This document shows positions 30,312 through 43,410 of a stretch of DNA of 64,000 nt, piece by piece. The stretch's first letter is position 1; every line of letters starts with the position of its first letter. The DNA is taken from positions 48,537 to 112,536 of the forward strand of contig JADBLN010000102.1 of NCBI GenBank assembly GCA_014894455.1, in the 5' to 3' direction. The stretch is from Acidobacteriota bacterium (GTDB taxonomy: Bacteria > Acidobacteriota > Aminicenantia > Aminicenantales > Saccharicenantaceae). The position numbers were made by a program, and so were the translations under genes. Under the pieces are notes generated by a model that was not told the DNA's origin, did no database searches, and worked only from the letters and a program-made list of their open reading frames with translations.

Positions 30312-30908
30312 TCAATATTCCTTCTTTTTGAGCCTCTCGCCAAGGCTCTCGGCCCGATAATAGACATTGACCACATATTGGTCCCCCGTATCGTCGGTAA
30401 ACCAGGTCACTCCGAAATTGACCGATATGCCGTACTTGTCCGATGTCTTGCTGTCTGCAAGATCCCACACGGCCCCTTCCTGGGGGTGCTCTTTTCCGTC
30501 ATTTGTTTTGATTTTATCGGATCTGCGGCTCGTGGGCGGGCCGTATTTATCGCTCAGGTCCTGGACGATCCGCAGGAATGTCTGTTGCGGCGCGCCAGGA
30601 TGGCCGGAGCGCGCGCAATAGTTGGCCGAGGCGCTGTAGAAGCCATTGGCCAGCAAACGAAACGTCAGCTGGCAGGGCTCCCCGGCGAAAGCCCCTTTAA
30701 AGACCAACTGGCTTGATTCGGCGCCTTTGAGCTGCCGATAGCCGAGCTCCTTCATCGCCTTGATGACCTGGCCCGTGTTGGCGCCCCAGGGGACGCCCAG
30801 GAACCCATCGGGGACGATGCCGGCTTGGGGATCCTCGGGGAACGTCAAGCCCGGTGCGAAAAGAAAAACGAAGACGAGGGTCCACCGGAGTGCTTTTGTC
30901 GTTTTCAT
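30312..30908 (-). CDS. secreted hypothetical protein
   Basis: 198 aa from the ATG after GGAGGTG; the track start is a TTG. Signal peptide. No recognised domain. Confidence 0.5.
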   Translation of the reverse strand: MKTTKALRWTLVFVFLFAPGLTFPEDPQAGIVPDGFLGVPWGANTGQVIKAMKELGYRQLKGAESSQLVFKGAFAGEPCQLTFRLLANGFYSASANYCARSGHPGAPQQTFLRIVQDLSDKYGPPTSRRSDKIKTNDGKEHPQEGAVWDLADSKTSDKYGISVNFGVTWFTDDTGDQYVVNVYYRAESLGERLKKKEY

Positions 30909-30931
30909 CACCACCTCCAAGCAAAAAGCGT

Positions 30932-32161
30932 CTAATCCAACTGTTTCCCGGCCGTCTCGGGAATGCCTATCCAGAACACCGCCGCAGCCAAGAAGGCCAG
31001 TGATATCAGCAAAAAGGAGAATCCGAACCCTTTCCTCTGGGCCAGGGAGCCGATGACGAACGGGGCCGCGGCGCTGACGATGCGGCCGGTGTTATAGGTG
31101 ATGCCCTGGGCCGTGGCCCGGACAGCCGTGGGGTAAATCTCTGCCGTCAGGGCTCCGAATCCGGTGAAGTAGCCCGTGCCGAAAAAGGCGACGAACGGCC
31201 CCAGGACGAGGAGGACGAGAGGCTGACGGGTTTGCGAATAGAGGGCCATGAACACTGAAGCTGCGAGGAGGAATCCCACGTAGGATCTTTTCCGCCCGAG
31301 CTTGTCGCTGATGAATCCGAAGGTGATGTAGCCCAGCCACATACCGGCCTGCATGAAGATGACCAGTCCGGACATCGTCCGGGGGCTGAGGCCGATACCG
31401 CCCTGGCCGGGGGCCATCGACAAGTAGGCCGGCAGCCAGAGGTTGAAGCCCCACCAGGCGAACATGGTGCAGGCGTTCATCAGGGTCACAAGGATTGTCA
31501 ACCGGAGTATCTTTTTCCCGAAGATCTCGCCGAAACCGGCCCGGACGCTCGGCGCCGCCGCCCGGCCGGCCTTCCATATCTCGGGCTCCCGCACCCTCTT
31601 CTGGATCCAGAGCGTGAAGAAGGCCGGGATGACGCCGACGAAAAAGACGCCCCTCCAGCCCCACACGGGCAGGATAATCGCTGCGACCGCCGCCGCGGCG
31701 GCGTAGCCTATGGCCCACGAGCTCTGGACGATTCCCAGGGCCTTGCCGCGATGCTCGGCCGGCCAGGTTTCCGAGACGAGGGCCGCCCCGCTCGCCCACT
31801 CCCCACCCATGCCCAGGCCGAGGAAAATGCGGAAGACAGCCAGCATGACAACGCTCGAGGCGAAACCGCAGGCGGCGGTGAAAACCGAATAGATGAGGAT
31901 GCTGCCCATCAGGGCCCGGCGGCGGCCGAAGCGGTCGGCGATGACGCCGAAAACCAGGCCGCCGACTGCCGAAGCGATGAGCGTCACAGAGCCCAGAAGT
32001 CCGGCCGTCGCTTTAGCCATGCTCATGTCGGACATGAGGGCTGCCAGGACCATGGCGTAGAGCATGACGTCGAAGGAGTCGAGCATCCAGCCAAACGAGG
32101 CCGCGACAAGGGCCCGCCGGGCGTCCGGCGATGCGTCCTTCCACCAGGCGAAACGCTTCAT
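30932..32161 (-). CDS. MFS transporter
   Basis: 409 aa, 12 predicted TM helices. MFS motif GxIADRFGRRR. Confidence 0.8.
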   Translation of the reverse strand: MKRFAWWKDASPDARRALVAASFGWMLDSFDVMLYAMVLAALMSDMSMAKATAGLLGSVTLIASAVGGLVFGVIADRFGRRRALMGSILIYSVFTAACGFASSVVMLAVFRIFLGLGMGGEWASGAALVSETWPAEHRGKALGIVQSSWAIGYAAAAAVAAIILPVWGWRGVFFVGVIPAFFTLWIQKRVREPEIWKAGRAAAPSVRAGFGEIFGKKILRLTILVTLMNACTMFAWWGFNLWLPAYLSMAPGQGGIGLSPRTMSGLVIFMQAGMWLGYITFGFISDKLGRKRSYVGFLLAASVFMALYSQTRQPLVLLVLGPFVAFFGTGYFTGFGALTAEIYPTAVRATAQGITYNTGRIVSAAAPFVIGSLAQRKGFGFSFLLISLAFLAAAVFWIGIPETAGKQLD

Positions 32162-32403
32162 CGGATCGGCATGCCTTTATAGCGTAGGAAAATAATACAG
32201 CCGAGTCCGTAGACTACCCAGCCTATGGTGGAGATCAGCCAGCCGGCTGGAGACCGGAAGACGATGGGGATCAGGAAAACGACGATGGGAATTCCGGCGA
32301 TGACGGCTCGCTCCTTGACCGTCTCGGCTACGAAAAACGACCAGATCCCGAAAATGACGGCGATCCCGATTCCGATGCCGGTGTAGGGGATTTGGGGAAT
32401 CAT
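32158..32403 (-). CDS. small two-TM membrane protein
   Basis: 81 aa. Stop overlaps the MFS start (ATGA), consistent with translational coupling. Confidence 0.5.
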   Translation of the reverse strand: MIPQIPYTGIGIGIAVIFGIWSFFVAETVKERAVIAGIPIVVFLIPIVFRSPAGWLISTIGWVVYGLGCIIFLRYKGMPIR

Positions 32404-32489
32404 CGCCCTCGTTTATAACACAAAACCATCACTCCGGACAGGGCGCCCCCCCCCCTGAGATATGCAAACCACATCCGCTCGGAAAAAAG

Positions 32490-32876
32490 AAACGGCCGGA
32501 GCGGGACGTAAGCCGGATCCTGTTCCCGCCGAAACGGGCGACGGTCATTTGACTAGGCCCCGGGTTGCCCCGGGGCTCGAGCGGCCGACCCGCCCCCTGG
32601 GACGGGCAGTCCCAAAACGGGGCTCGTTTGGCCTTGCTCCGGATGGGGTTTGCCTTGCCCCCGTCATCGCTGACGGGGCGGTGAGCTCTTACCTCGCCTT
32701 TTCACCCTTGCTCCCCGGGGAGGCTGCGCCTGTCCTGGAGGGCGGTGTGTTTTCTGTGGCACTTTCCCCCGGTCGCCCGGGGTCGCGGTTAGCGACCATC
32801 CTGCCCTTCGGAGTCCGGACTTTCCTCCTCTCCTCCCTCTCGGGAAGGAGCGGCGACCGCCTCGCCCACTCCGGCC
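32490..32876 (-). ncRNA. rnpB: RNase P RNA (bacterial type A)
   Basis: The minus strand carries GGAGGAAAGTCCGGACTCC (P4 5' strand), AGGGTGAAAAGGCGAGGTAAGAGCTCACC (conserved J11/12-P12 region) and ACAGGATCCGGCTTACG (P4 3' strand). The P1 strands CCGGAGTGGGCG and CGTCCCGCTCCGG pair. A T-run follows the 3' end. Confidence 0.8.
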
Positions 32877-34243
32877 GTTATCTTTATACCATATTGTTCG
32901 AGTTTTTTATAGAGGTTGCTCCGCGGCGTGTCGATCTCCCGGGCCGTCTGGGAGATGTTCCAGCCGTTAGCTTCGAGCTTGGCCAGGAGGAAATCCCGCT
33001 CGGCCATGTCTCGGAATTCGCGGAGGGTCTTGACCCCGGCCGCCTCGGGCAGCGCCGCCTCCGGCTTCTCCCGCAGCGGTTCGGGGAGGTCCCTTCTCTC
33101 GATCGTGTCCCGGTCGGTCATGATCATCAGCCGCTCGACGATGTTCTTGAGCTCGCGGACGTTGCCTTTCCAAGCATACCGGGACATGGCTTCGAGGGCT
33201 TCCGCCGAGAACTTCCGCGGCCGGAAGTTGTTCTCCTCGGCGAACGTCCGCGAAAAATAGTCGACGAGGAGCGGGATGTCCTCCGGCCTCGCGCGCAGGG
33301 ACGGCGAGTACAGGGGGACGACGTTGAGCCTGAAGTAAAGGTCTTCCCTGAACCTTCCTTCCTGGATCTCCTTACGAAGGTCCTTGTTCGTCGCAGCGAT
33401 GACGCGGACGTCGACCTTGGAAATCCGGCTCGAGCCGACCTTCTGGACCTCGCCCTCCTCGAGGACACGGAGGACCTTGGACTGGGTCCGGAGACTCATG
33501 TCGCCGATCTCGTCGAGGAAAATGGTGCCGCCGTCGGCCTGTTCGAACTTACCCGTCTTTTTCTCCGTGGCCCCGGTGAAGGCCCCTTTCTCGTGGCCGA
33601 AAAGCTCGCTCTCGATGAGTTCCTCGGGGATGGCCGCGCAGTTGACCTGGACGAAGGTCTCCCTGGCCCGCAGGCCGTGGGCGTGGATGGAGCGGGCGAC
33701 GAGCTCCTTCCCCGTGCCGCTTTCGCCGTAGATCAAAACTGTGGCGTTGGTCGGCGCGATCTTGAGGATCTCCTTCCAGAGCGTCTGGATGAGGGGGTGG
33801 TTGCCGAGGATCTCGTAATGTTTCTCCGCCTTCTTCTTGAGGTCCTGGCACTCGCGGGCGAGGCTCGTCTGCTTGAGGGCGTTGCGGATGCTGAGGAGGA
33901 CGCGCTCCCGGTGGAGCGGTTTCTCCAGAAAATCGAAAGCGCCCAGCTTGGTGGCCTCGACAGCCGCATGGATCGTGCCCTGTCCCGAGATCATGATGAC
34001 GTCCGGGACGAAGGGTCTTTGCTTGAGCTCGGCCAGAACCTCGAGTCCGCTCTTCCCCGGCATCTTGATATCGAGGAGGACGAGGTCGATGCCGACGGTC
34101 CCACGAAGAACCTCCAGGCCATCCTCGCCCGTCCCGGCCTCGAAAAAGTCATATCCCTCGTACTCGAGGATCATCTTCAGGGATTTGCGGATATTCTCCT
34201 CGTCGTCGATGACGAGGATCCGGGCCTTCCTCTCGGGCTTCAT
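32789..34243 (-). CDS. sigma-54-dependent Fis-family response regulator (NtrC type)
   Basis: 484 aa from the ATG at 34243. REC domain (ILVIDDE...D), AAA+ sigma-54 interaction domain (GESGTGKE, GAFTGA, ESELFGHEKGAFTGA), C-terminal Fis-type HTH. Its last ~29 codons run into rnpB. Confidence 0.85.
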   Translation of the reverse strand: MKPERKARILVIDDEENIRKSLKMILEYEGYDFFEAGTGEDGLEVLRGTVGIDLVLLDIKMPGKSGLEVLAELKQRPFVPDVIMISGQGTIHAAVEATKLGAFDFLEKPLHRERVLLSIRNALKQTSLARECQDLKKKAEKHYEILGNHPLIQTLWKEILKIAPTNATVLIYGESGTGKELVARSIHAHGLRARETFVQVNCAAIPEELIESELFGHEKGAFTGATEKKTGKFEQADGGTIFLDEIGDMSLRTQSKVLRVLEEGEVQKVGSSRISKVDVRVIAATNKDLRKEIQEGRFREDLYFRLNVVPLYSPSLRARPEDIPLLVDYFSRTFAEENNFRPRKFSAEALEAMSRYAWKGNVRELKNIVERLMIMTDRDTIERRDLPEPLREKPEAALPEAAGVKTLREFRDMAERDFLLAKLEANGWNISQTAREIDTPRSNLYKKLEQYGIKITAGVGEAVAAPSREGGEEESPDSEGQDGR

Positions 34244-34355
34244 TATCCTATTGGCCTCTTCCACTGATATTAGCACACTCTCCCGCCCGGGGCAAAAAGG
34301 GGCGGTCCGATCTGGACGGGTGATGTTTGGCGGGCGTTCTGCGTTTATGCTAGAC

Positions 34356-34371
34356 TGGCACGGGATTTGCT
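34356..34371 (+). promoter_or_regulatory. sigma-54 (-24/-12) promoter TGGCAC-N5-TTGCT
   Basis: Exact match to the TGGCAC-N5-TTGCW consensus at 34356-34371, 26 nt upstream of the M16 peptidase ATG and divergent from the adjacent sigma-54 activator gene. Confidence 0.6.
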
Positions 34372-34396
34372 GGATAGCGTAACGGTGGGCAGGAAC

Positions 34397-35761
34397 ATGC
34401 GCAACACCCTGACCGTGACCGCCGGGCTCTTGGCGGGTGTGATGAGCGCCGCTCTGCTTCTCGCCGCGGGCCCGGAGAACCCGGGCAAGTACTTTGTTCT
34501 CGACAACGGCATGCGCGTTTTCCTTTATGAAAAACGCGACCTGCCCCTCCTCCACGTCGTCACCGGCTTCGACGTCGGCTCCAAGAACGAAACCGACGAG
34601 ACGAACGGCCTCGTCCACCTGCTCGAGCACTGCATCCTCTTCCGGGGGACATCCGTCCGTTCCGGAGCCGAGGTCAGCGCCGACATCCGACGTCACGGGG
34701 CCTATTTCAACGCCCACACGGGACAGGACCTGTCCCTTTTCGAGATCTCGCTTCCCGCCGAGCACGCCGAATTCGCGCTCCGGAACCAGAAGGACATCCT
34801 CTTCGAGCTCGACTTGAGCCAGACCGAACTCGACGAGGAGAAGGAAGTCCTCCTCGAAGAGTACAACCAGATGGAGGACGACCCGCAGCGGAATGCGGTG
34901 GATCTCGTCCTCCAAGCCCTGTTCCCCGGACACCCCTATGGACGTTCGGTTTACGGACGGCGGGAGGTCATCCGGACGGCCACGGTCGAGGGGGTGTTCG
35001 GCTTTTACCGGAAATATTTCGTCGCCGGCAACTGCGCCCTGGCCGTCGTCGGCGATTTCGCGACGGCCGACATGGAGCGGCTGGTCCGGGATGTCTTCGG
35101 CCCGCTCCCGAAAACCGGGCTCCGGTTCGAACCGCTGCAGATGACCGTCCCCTTAAAAAAGAGCGTGTCCCGGCGTTTCGAGCGCGATGTCAAGGAAGGC
35201 TACGTTATTCTCGGTTTCGTGGCCCCGGACTACAATCACGCCGACCAGTACGCCATGAACGTGCTGGCGGAAGTTCTCGGCCGCGGGGTCAATCCCCTTC
35301 TCCCCGCCCTGCTCCGCGGAGAGCGTGATTCCGTCCAAACCGTCTCCATGTCCTACCTCGCTTTCCGGTTCGGGGGAGCCGCCGTCGTCTCCATCAAGAT
35401 GGACCCCAAAGACATGGCGGCAATCCAGCGGGCGGCCGTGGGGTATCTCAAGCGGGCCCATAACGAGGCCTATTCGAAAAAGGATTTCACGGGCGAGGCC
35501 GAAATGTCCGCCTTCGACTACCTGGAGAGCGCCAAGAACCAGATCCGGTTCGCCGTGGGGCAAGCCGAAGAGTCCGGGCTGCAGCTGGCGGGCTCGCTGG
35601 CCAGGCACCTCCTCCTCAACACGCGCGAAAAGCCCGGGCGATACCTGGATGAGATCGGGAGGGTCGATTCGAGCGACCTCAGAAAAACGGCGGCCAGGTA
35701 CCTCGGGAAGGGCGAATACGCCGCCGTTTCCATCGTCCCGCGGAAGGGCGAAAAGCAATGA
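34397..35761 (+). CDS. M16 family zinc peptidase, predicted catalytic subunit, secreted
   Basis: ATG at 34397; the upstream TTG in the track lies inside the sigma-54 promoter. Signal peptide. Intact HLLEH inverzincin motif. Confidence 0.8.
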   Translation: MRNTLTVTAGLLAGVMSAALLLAAGPENPGKYFVLDNGMRVFLYEKRDLPLLHVVTGFDVGSKNETDETNGLVHLLEHCILFRGTSVRSGAEVSADIRRHGAYFNAHTGQDLSLFEISLPAEHAEFALRNQKDILFELDLSQTELDEEKEVLLEEYNQMEDDPQRNAVDLVLQALFPGHPYGRSVYGRREVIRTATVEGVFGFYRKYFVAGNCALAVVGDFATADMERLVRDVFGPLPKTGLRFEPLQMTVPLKKSVSRRFERDVKEGYVILGFVAPDYNHADQYAMNVLAEVLGRGVNPLLPALLRGERDSVQTVSMSYLAFRFGGAAVVSIKMDPKDMAAIQRAAVGYLKRAHNEAYSKKDFTGEAEMSAFDYLESAKNQIRFAVGQAEESGLQLAGSLARHLLLNTREKPGRYLDEIGRVDSSDLRKTAARYLGKGEYAAVSIVPRKGEKQ

Positions 35762-37077
35762 GGCCGGCCTGGCTTCTTTGGTCGTGCGCCGGACTCCTGA
35801 TGGCCGCAGGGTCCTCCGGGACCCTGGGAGCGCCCTGGAAGGAGCGCCCTGAAAAATTCACGCTGACGACCGGCCTCCCCTGCGTTTACCAGAAGGACCA
35901 GAGCTCGCCGACGACGGTCGTCGGGCTGTTCGCTCCGGGGGGCAAGTCGGCCGTGCCCCCGGGTCTCGACGGATTGGCCTACCTCACGACGCGCCTGACC
36001 CTCGAGATCCCCGACGAAGCCATGGTCCAGGACCTCATGTCCCAGGCGACCCGGTTAAGCCTCCTCTGCTCGGAAGACTTCACGGCGGTCCTCATCGAGT
36101 GTCTGTCCGAAAACCTCGAAGATGCCCTCCGTGTCGCCGGCAAGATCATCCAGGACCCCCTCATCACAAGTCTCCGGATCAACCGGACCAAGGAGATGAT
36201 GAAGCTCTACGGGCGGTCCGAGGAGGACGAATCCACCGTCGCCGCCCATAACGCCGTCATGAAGGCCTTTTTCCCCGGGGCCGGCTATGGGACCGCCGTC
36301 TACGGGACGGAGGAAAGCCTCGGGGCCCTCGACAGGAAGGACGCTCTCGCCTTTTACCGCCGCTTTTTCACCAAGTCGAATCTCTTTTTTTGTATCGGGA
36401 CGGACATCGAGAAGGAGCCGGTCCGGGCCCTCCTCGAAAAATATTTTGCCAAGTTTCCGGACGGTGATCTCGCGGCCATCGCTCCGGCCCCGCCGGCCCT
36501 TCCGTCCAACCGCGAGATCGCCCTTCCCAAGGACACGAAACAAACCTATATCAGCCGCGCCTTCGCGCTTCCGGCTCCGGACGCGCCCAACCAGGCCAAA
36601 GGATACCTGCTCGAGACCCTCCTCGGGAAGGGCCCCGGATCGCGGCTCTGGGGATTGCGGATGACTGAAAAACTGGCCTACAGCGTCGATGCCGAAGTGA
36701 CCTGGACGAAAAACTCGGGAATCCTCGAGGCCTACATGGAGACCGATAACGCCAAGAGCCCTCGGGCATCGGAGGCGCTCGACCGGACTCTCGCCGACCT
36801 CCAGGACAAAGGGATCACGGAGGAAGAGCTCCGGACGGCCAAGACAATGGCCAGGACCAGGTTCCTCAGGTCGATGGAAGCTAAGGCGCCGCGCCTGCGG
36901 GCCGTCGGATTCTTCGAGGTCCTCGGGCTGGGATACGAACACCTTTCGGGCATCTTCACGGCCCTCGACGCGGTGACGCTCGAGACCATGAACGCGTTCA
37001 TCCGCGAGGCCCTCGCTCCCGACCGGTCGCTCCGGGTCACCGTCGGGCCGGAACCGGCCGGTCCGACGATCCGATAG
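35758..37077 (+). CDS. M16 family peptidase-like protein, non-catalytic partner subunit, secreted
   Basis: 439 aa. Signal peptide. M16 fold without HxxEH. Start overlaps the upstream stop. Confidence 0.75.
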   Translation: MRPAWLLWSCAGLLMAAGSSGTLGAPWKERPEKFTLTTGLPCVYQKDQSSPTTVVGLFAPGGKSAVPPGLDGLAYLTTRLTLEIPDEAMVQDLMSQATRLSLLCSEDFTAVLIECLSENLEDALRVAGKIIQDPLITSLRINRTKEMMKLYGRSEEDESTVAAHNAVMKAFFPGAGYGTAVYGTEESLGALDRKDALAFYRRFFTKSNLFFCIGTDIEKEPVRALLEKYFAKFPDGDLAAIAPAPPALPSNREIALPKDTKQTYISRAFALPAPDAPNQAKGYLLETLLGKGPGSRLWGLRMTEKLAYSVDAEVTWTKNSGILEAYMETDNAKSPRASEALDRTLADLQDKGITEEELRTAKTMARTRFLRSMEAKAPRLRAVGFFEVLGLGYEHLSGIFTALDAVTLETMNAFIREALAPDRSLRVTVGPEPAGPTIR

Positions 37078-37102
37078 GGCGGCGCGGAAACACCGCCTTT
37101 GC
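37078..37102 (+). terminator. possible intrinsic terminator after the M16 pair
   Basis: GGCGG...CCGCC stem followed by TTTGCTTATT, in the 25-nt gap before the convergent PFOR gene. Confidence 0.3.
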
Positions 37103-40618
<3,516 letters not shown>

Positions 40619-40664
40619 TTCAAACTCCTTTATTATGATGGAACGCCGTTGGCGACGTTTCGTG

Positions 40665-41270
40665 CTATTCCTTGAGCTCAGTCCGGCCCTCCAGGGCCTT
40701 CTTGATGGTCACCTGGTCGGCGAAATCGAGGTCCGAGCCCACCGGCAGACCCATGGCCAAGCGGGTGATCCGTATCCCGAAAGCCTTGAGGACCCGGTGA
40801 AGATAGATGGCCGTGGCCTCCCCTTCCACCGTCGGGTTGGTGGCGATGATGATCTCCTTGAAGGCGCCCTCTTCGATCCTCCTGACGAGTTTCCCCAGCC
40901 GGAGCTCGTCGGGCCCGCGGCCCTTGAGCGGCGAGAGGGCGCCCAAGAGGACGTGGTATCGCCCGTTGTAGGCGCCCGTCTTCTCGATCGAGGAGATGTT
41001 GAACGGCTCCTCGACGATGCACATGGACTCGTCGGACCGGTGGGGGTCGGAACAGACCAGGCAGGGGTCGACGTGGGTGATGTTGTTGCAACGGCCGCAG
41101 TAGAAGATCTTCCTCTTGGCCTCCCGGATGGCCTCGGCCAGCCGGTCGGCGTCCTCGGTCGGGAGCCCGAGGAAATAGAAGGCGATGCGTTGGGCGGTCT
41201 TGGCCCCGATGCCGGGGATCCGCCGCAGTTCCTCGATGAGCGCGTGCAGGGGTTGGGCGTATTCGAACAT
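40665..41270 (-). CDS. recR: recombination protein RecR
   Basis: 201 aa. HhH motif, C4 zinc finger (CxxC...CxxC), Toprim domain. Confidence 0.9.
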   Translation of the reverse strand: MFEYAQPLHALIEELRRIPGIGAKTAQRIAFYFLGLPTEDADRLAEAIREAKRKIFYCGRCNNITHVDPCLVCSDPHRSDESMCIVEEPFNISSIEKTGAYNGRYHVLLGALSPLKGRGPDELRLGKLVRRIEEGAFKEIIIATNPTVEGEATAIYLHRVLKAFGIRITRLAMGLPVGSDLDFADQVTIKKALEGRTELKE

Positions 41271-41581
41271 CAGAACAACCCAGGGATCTTGAGACCGCCG
41301 CCCAAGCCGCCCAGCTTCTGGGCCAACGCCTCGTCGACCTTGGCCGCCGCGTCGTTGAAGGCGGCGACGATCAGGTCTTGGAGCATCTCGATCTCGTTCT
41401 TGTCGGCGACCTCCGGCTCGATGCGGATGGACTGCAGGGCCTTGTGACCGTCGAGGACGAGACTGACCATGCCTCCTCCGCTCGACCCCTCGACGCGTAG
41501 GACCGCGAGCTCCTGCTGCAGCCGATCCTGCATCTCCTTGGCCGTTTTCAGCATTTTCTGGAGGTCCATGACGTTTTTCAT
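41270..41581 (-). CDS. ybaB: YbaB/EbfC nucleoid-associated protein
   Basis: 103 aa. YbaB family. Conserved position between dnaX and recR. Confidence 0.85.
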   Translation of the reverse strand: MKNVMDLQKMLKTAKEMQDRLQQELAVLRVEGSSGGGMVSLVLDGHKALQSIRIEPEVADKNEIEMLQDLIVAAFNDAAAKVDEALAQKLGGLGGGLKIPGLF

Positions 41582-43299
41582 GTCTCGTTCTCCGTAGGGC
41601 CGCCCCCCTTGGGTCCGGCCTCGCGCGAGGCAGGAATGGGGTCGGCCGAAAGGACCTGGGCCTTGAAGGTGTTCATGAAGAATTGCACGGCGGGGTCCTT
41701 GAGGGCCGTCTCAAGCTCCCGGCCCGGGCGGATGGGGCCGCCTTCTGTGGCGTTCTCCTCGGCGAAGCGGACCTTCGTCTCACGGCCCAGCACTTCCGAG
41801 GCCGCCCGCTCGACCGCCCGGATATCCTTTTCCTGGATGCTCGTGACGAAAAAGCCCTTGCCGCTCGCGAAAAAGACTTCGAGGACGTTGTCCTTGACCA
41901 TGACCGACGAATACTGAGCCAGAAGGGCGGCCAGCGGGGCCCTGTCCACCGCCAGTTTTTCGAGGACACGCTTAAAGACGTCTTTCTGGGGCGGAGGACC
42001 GGTTTTGGCCGCCGAAGAGGGGCCTTCCGGCCGGTCTCCGGCCGGGACCGGACGTCCCGTGCCCGCGGCAGGAGGAGCGCCGGCCGGCGAAGCCCCCGGG
42101 GGCTTGGGGAGCGTCCGCTGGGGTTCCTTCTTGAGCGACTCCACGTCCCGGATGAGCTCCTGAAGAGGCACGATCTTGCGAAAGTGGCAGAGTTTTATGA
42201 GGAAGGCTTCGAGGTAGATCCGGGGCATGGCCGAGTACTTCAAGCCGGCCTCGGCCTGTTGGAGGGCGAGAAGGTAGCGGAGAAGGTCCTCGGCCGTGGC
42301 TTTCGAGGCCTGGACGCGCAGGGCTTGGAGTTCTTCCGCGCTCGCGAGGAGCAGGTCTTCCGGCTTCTCCACGGAGCGGACGAGGAGGAGGGCCCGGAAA
42401 TGCTCGATGAGCTTGCCGAAGAGGAAGCGGAGGTCGTAGCCGGCGGCGACGACGCTCTCGACCAGAGGGAAGACATCCTCCGGCTTTTCCCCGAGGACGG
42501 CCGTCGAGGACCGGAAGAGCACGTCCTGTCCGATCGTCCCGAGGATCGTCTTGAGGTCTTCGTCGCCGATGTTATCGCCGCTGAAGGCCACGGCCTGGTC
42601 GAGCAGGCTCTGGGCGTCCCGCATGCTCCCGTCGGCGGCCTCGGCGATCATGGCCAAGCTGGCCGGGGTGATGGTGATCGCTTCCTTCTTGGCGATCTCC
42701 ACGAGGTGGTTGATGATGTCCTTGTGGGAGATCTTACGGAACTCGAAGTGCTGGCACCGCGAAACGATCGTCGCCGGGACCTTGTTGAATTCCGTCGTCG
42801 CGAATATGAAGACCGTGTTCGGCGGAGGCTCCTCGAGGGTCTTGAGAAGGGCGTTAAAGCCTTCCTTCGTGATCTGGTGGACCTCGTCGATGATGACGAC
42901 CTTGTAGCGGGTATAGATCGCCTTGTACTTCAGCGACTCGCGAAGGGCCCGGATCTCTTCGATGCCCCGGTTGGAGGCGCCGTCGATCTCCAGGACGTCG
43001 ATCGCCCTGTCCTCGCTGATGGCCGCGCAATAGTCGCAGGGCTTGTTCTTATCGTCCGCACAGTCCTTGTCTTCGATCTTGCAGGGGTTCGCGGTCGGGC
43101 CGTTGGCGCAGTTCAGAGCCCTGGCAAGGATGCGGGCCATCGACGTCTTTCCCGTCCCCCTCATCCCCGAGAAGAGATAGGCCTGGGAGATCCGGCCCAT
43201 CTGGATGGCGTTCTGGATCGTCCGGACGACGGACTTCTGCCCGATGACCTCTTCGAAGGCCTGCGGTCGGTATTTACGGGCGAATATCTTGTATGACAT
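41578..43299 (-). CDS. dnaX: DNA polymerase III subunit gamma/tau
   Basis: 573 aa. AAA+ clamp-loader motifs (GMRGTGKTS, zinc module, DEVHQIT, SRCQ) with a Pro/Ala-rich linker in the C-terminal half. Confidence 0.9.
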   Translation of the reverse strand: MSYKIFARKYRPQAFEEVIGQKSVVRTIQNAIQMGRISQAYLFSGMRGTGKTSMARILARALNCANGPTANPCKIEDKDCADDKNKPCDYCAAISEDRAIDVLEIDGASNRGIEEIRALRESLKYKAIYTRYKVVIIDEVHQITKEGFNALLKTLEEPPPNTVFIFATTEFNKVPATIVSRCQHFEFRKISHKDIINHLVEIAKKEAITITPASLAMIAEAADGSMRDAQSLLDQAVAFSGDNIGDEDLKTILGTIGQDVLFRSSTAVLGEKPEDVFPLVESVVAAGYDLRFLFGKLIEHFRALLLVRSVEKPEDLLLASAEELQALRVQASKATAEDLLRYLLALQQAEAGLKYSAMPRIYLEAFLIKLCHFRKIVPLQELIRDVESLKKEPQRTLPKPPGASPAGAPPAAGTGRPVPAGDRPEGPSSAAKTGPPPQKDVFKRVLEKLAVDRAPLAALLAQYSSVMVKDNVLEVFFASGKGFFVTSIQEKDIRAVERAASEVLGRETKVRFAEENATEGGPIRPGRELETALKDPAVQFFMNTFKAQVLSADPIPASREAGPKGGGPTENET

Positions 43300-43410
43300 G
43301 GGTTTCGGCCGTCTTAAGACGGGTGGGAAAACCCGCGGTTTTCCCTAAAAAGTAAAGTTTATTTTAGCACAAACCGGTCAAAATTCAAGGAAAAGGAATA
43401 TAATGCGCCC

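Noticed and set aside
32462-34267. Track ORFs on the plus strand across 32462..34267, and the upstream part of the minus ORF 32789..34933
   Set aside because: This region is occupied by RNase P RNA, which has unmistakable conserved motifs, and by the NtrC-type gene whose real start is the ATG at 34243.
43300-43410. Looked for an SRP (4.5S) RNA upstream of dnaX, a common location
   Set aside because: No GGAAGCAGC or domain-IV-like motif on either strand. Only hairpins and promoter-like AT-rich sequence are present.
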